From Chiloscyllium plagiosum (Eukaryota), in NCBI RefSeq assembly GCF_004010195.1, contig NW_025214793.1, forward strand, positions 1-51,066: DNA of 51,066 nt, given 5' to 3'. Position 1 is the first letter of the stretch. Each line of letters starts with the position of its first letter. Position numbers and translations under genes: made by a program. Of the stretch, positions 47,325 through 51,066 are shown one piece after another. A model generated the notes under the pieces. It was not told where the DNA came from and did not search any database. It was given only the letters and a program-made list of their open reading frames with translations.

Positions 47325-49745
47325 TCATCTTCAGCACTTTCCTGCTTGCACTCCATAACCTTTCAACCCATTACTAATTAAATATCTGTCTATCTCCTCC
47401 TCAAATTTACTCAGTGTCCCAGCATCCTCCACTCTCTCTGGGTAGTGAATTCCACAGTTTCATGATCTTTTGGGCAAAGTGATTTCTCTTCATATCTCAT
47501 TTAAGGGTAAGCAGTGTTAGATTTAAAACAGTTACCTCTCGTTCCAGGTAGTCCCACATATAAGGAAACATTCTCTCTAGGTCTACTTTGTCAATCCCCT
47601 TTGTTAGAAGATTTGGAATCGCAGTTAGGCAATTGTTGATTTCTAAGTTGAAAAAGCAGCAGTTTAGATAGGATACATTTTTTTAAAAATTGAAAGAAAA
47701 TAAAGAACCGTGGTATTTGGGGATGGTTCACTGATACCAGAGTACAAACAGGGTCTCAGCTTGGAATATTTGACTTGTTAAATTTGTCTTGTTAAATAGG
47801 GGTAGAATCCTGCTCTCTAGCCAAGGCCTTTGTGTTTTTTCCTTTTATTCTGATCTGTCCACTGTCTGCCTTGATGATAACTGCTATCTAAAAAATGTGT
47901 TTGATTGAGATCTGCTCTCTGGGAGAAACTCCCCTTTGCCTGGCTCTACTCCATTCTTGATCCCCGTGCAGATCCTCCATTGTGGATTTGACATAACCCT
48001 GGCGTGGTTACTCCAGCATGGAATGTGGCTAATGAACACTCTTGGCCCCTGCACAGCTTTCCACTATAGATGTGTTTTCTCTCTCAACCTCATCCTTGCA
48101 GGCTTCTCGGTTAACTCCTATCCTGGATATTCTTTTCTGTCTATCGGTACATATTGTTATTGTCATATTACTTGGGGCAGGTTATTGTCTGTGCCAATCA
48201 ATTGCCTGAACCCTTTTGCCCATGAACTATGGGACAACTACTCTTCCCCTTGGATGATTGCTGTCCCTTTACCCGCCCTACTGAGTTAGTTAACCTGTCT
48301 TTCTAAGCTTATTTTCATAAACAGCACACTAATAATATGGTGTATTTTGGCACCAGATAAATTATTGATGCTAGTCTTGGGCATTGTAACTTCTGATTTT
48401 TGTAATTCTTCCTTTTTGTTTTCATATGTCAGAATTTTGAAAAGTTAAGTACTGCTGTGATAGCGTTGAGTTATCCTAGTATTTACTGTGTAATAAAAAC
48501 TGAAATAAAATCTTATAAGGAACCCCAGTATTCCATATCTTTGCATCTTTATATACCTCCTCTCCTCTCATTCTTCTAAACTCCAGAGGTTATAGGCCTA
48601 AACTGCATAATCTCTTCATAAGACAAACTCCTCACCTCTGGAATCAATCTAGGAAACCCTTTCTGAACCGTCTGTAATGCAATCCCATCCCTCCTTAGTA
48701 AGGTGGCGAAAATTGTCTGCAGTACTCCAGCTGCTGGTTCACTACTGTCCTGTACAATTTGCAGCAACGCTTCCCTCTTTTCATATTCTGTTCCTGTTGC
48801 AATAAATGCCAAAATTCCATTTGCCTTCCTTATTACCTGCTGCATCAATATACTAGATTTCTGCAACTTGTGCATGAGTACACCCAGACATTTGCACCGA
48901 AGCACTCTGAAATAAGTTGTCTTTCTGTTCCTCTGATCAAAATAGAGAATCTCTCACTTATCCAGATTAAATGTCATCTGTCACATAACCTATCGATATA
49001 CATTAATAAATTTCTTTATTGTGGCTGGGGATTATGCACTTAAGCCACAAAGACTGAACCCTGTGGCACCCCACTAGTTAGATCTTGCCAACCAGAAAAA
49101 AAACCCAGTTATCTCAATTCTTAGCTTGGCTAACCAACAGACAACATTTGATCTAAGCTAATAAATGACCCCAACCCCATGTGATCTTAGCTTATGTACT
49201 AATCTTTTGTGTGGCATCTTATCAGATGCCTTCTAGAAGTTCAGTTGTACTGTATATCTATAGAATCTCCATTATCCACCTTGTTTATTACATCTTCGAA
49301 GAATTCTAGCAAGTTAGTCAAATGTGATACATCCTCCTCAAAAGCATGCTGACTCTGCTGGATTGCTTTTTGACTTTACAAATGCCTTGTTATTACTTCC
49401 TTAATAGATTGTATCAATTTCCCAATGACGCATGTTAAACGAGTTGGTCTATAATTTCCTACTTTCTGCCTCTATTTTTGAATAAGGGGGTTGCATTTGC
49501 ATTTTTCCAAAACACTGGAGCCTTTCCTTGCAACCAGGGAATTTTGAAATATTTTAACCAGTGGCTCCACGATCTCTGCTGCCATTTCCTCTTTTACCCT
49601 AGGATGTAGGCCATTAGTCCCCGGGGTCTTGTCTGCCTTCAAGCCCAACTGTTTGCTCAGTCCTTTTTTCCGTAGTGGTGGTTATTTGTTTTAAGTTTTT
49701 CACCATTTCTGTAATCTCTACTAGTGTCCTCTACTGTGAAAACTG
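47325..49745 (-). mobile_element. CR1 LINE ORF2 remnant split by an insertion at ~47602-48540
   Basis: ORF 48576-48905 reads LGVLMHK...QQVIRKANGILAFI. RT-like sequence runs to ~49740, with a 3' part at 47325-47601. Confidence 0.8.
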
Positions 49746-50478
49746 ATGCAAACTGAAAATTAAACTTACATTTTATGTTTTATTGGTTTTCATAAGCCAG
49801 ATTATTTTGAAGCTGAACGGTAGCGATGCCTTTGTTAATTTTGTTAGATAGTGATGTCTACGCTTTGGTCTTCTGAATTTATGTTTTGAAAATGTTCATC
49901 CTTTTACGTGGCAACAGAATTGTCAACCAATATTTGTATGGTCTGCTGCAGGAATAAGTGTGCTAGTTTTAATAGTGCAGCCCTTTTTAATCGGGCTGAG
50001 GAATGATCTTGCCAGGGTAAAATGGAAACTGAGGCTGTGCCGGATCAATGGGTGATTTCTGAGGAAGGGATATTTCAAGTACAAACCAAGTATGTCCCTT
50101 ATTTTTCATCTTTTGTTCCAAAAATGTTAGCTGCTTGGTGGTGAGGGAGAAGTAATTGTGATGAAACAGAAAGAGGGTGTATGATGCAAGTCAGGTGAGT
50201 TCTTCAAATTAAAACTAGATCAAACATAATATGTTAAGGAGGTGACAAGGAACATAAGACTGGTTTAAAAAAAAGTGAAGCCAGAATAGGAGTCAATATT
50301 AAAAGGAGCCCAAAAGGTTTTTAACCAGTAAATAGTAATTGGGTAGTTGAAGGTGGATGATTTTCAATAAAGAAGGTAATAATATGTTTAGCAGTGCAGG
50401 ATTAAGCTTGAATATTTGATTAGGTTTTTTCCCCTATTTGTGTTTGCAAAATTGAAATCTGACAAAGTGCCATTAGAA

Positions 50479-50795
50479 GGGGTGGCACAGTGGCTCAGTG
50501 GTTAGCACTGTTGCCTCACAGCACCAGGGACCTGGGTTCGATTCCAACTTTGTGCAACTGTCTGTGGACTTTGCACTTTCTCCCCATGTCTGCGTGGGTT
50601 TCCTCCCACAGTTCAAAGATGTGCAGGTTAGGTGAATTGGCCAAGCTAAATTGCCTATCGTGTTCAGGGATATGTAGGTTAGGTGTGTTGGTCAGGGGAA
50701 AATATAGGGTAATAGGTCTGGGTGGGATACTTTTCGGAGAGTCGATGTGTACTTGTTGGGGCTGAAGGGCCTGTTTCCACGCTGTAGGGATTCTA
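50479..50795 (+). mobile_element. Full-length HE1/V-SINE-type SINE within degraded CR1-like sequence
   Basis: Box A TGGCTCAGTGG, box B GGTTCGATTCC, tail 'gggcctgtttccacgctgtagggattcta'. Confidence 0.92.
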
Positions 50796-51066
50796 AGAAA
50801 AAAATTCTAAGAAGCAGAGTTAGTGGAGACAAGTGATAGTGAATATCTTAAAGGGAGGTGGTACTGGAAAGATGAGCTAAACCTGGGGTAGTTAAGTCAC
50901 CTTGTGCAGATGGCTTGCACCTTGGGTTTTAAAGGTGCTGCTTTCTTTGCAAAACATTGCATCAACATTGATTTTTGCTTTCATCCAAAACTTCTGTAAA
51001 CGTAATTGTGCATATATATTTTTAGTTCTGTTATCCTGTGCTTAGCTTATAGTTGAGTTTTACGTT

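Noticed and set aside
31198..51066. Next MLLT10 exon (expected GWAHVVCALYIPEV...)
   Set aside because: No matching sequence found by eye; it probably lies beyond the window. TBLASTN with AF10 would settle this.
1..51066. Prokaryotic-type systems (CRISPR arrays, operons, rRNA)
   Set aside because: The sequence is intron-containing vertebrate DNA, with no repeat-spacer arrays or rRNA seen.

Overview
Vertebrate genomic DNA, almost certainly from a cartilaginous fish (inferred from HE1/V-SINE-type tRNA SINEs, abundant CR1 LINE remnants and Penelope-type short elements). It holds two head-to-head genes. SKIDA1 (C10orf140) has its whole CDS in one exon on the minus strand (15222-17675, with an in-frame upstream ATG at 17744). 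The 5' end of MLLT10/AF10 is on the plus strand: a CpG-rich promoter at ~24.9-25.6 kb and coding exons 25722-25866, 29742-29821 and 31143-31197 (PHD1 and start of the Zn knuckle). I did not find the next MLLT10 exon in the window. The stretch from ~2 to 26 kb has almost no recognisable transposons and retains CpG; from ~31.3 kb onward the MLLT10 intron is packed with nested retroelements. The most notable observations are: a palindromic Penelope-type insertion with a 16-bp target duplication and a minimal hammerhead-ribozyme-like core, plus a second copy; a candidate poison or alternative terminal exon in the MLLT10 intron at ~30.2-30.4 kb; a predicted micro-exon/uORF-rich SKIDA1 leader; and TALE/Sox motif clusters between the genes. 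I found no evidence of a wholly new gene system. Repeat boundaries are approximate and family names come from recognition, not database searches.
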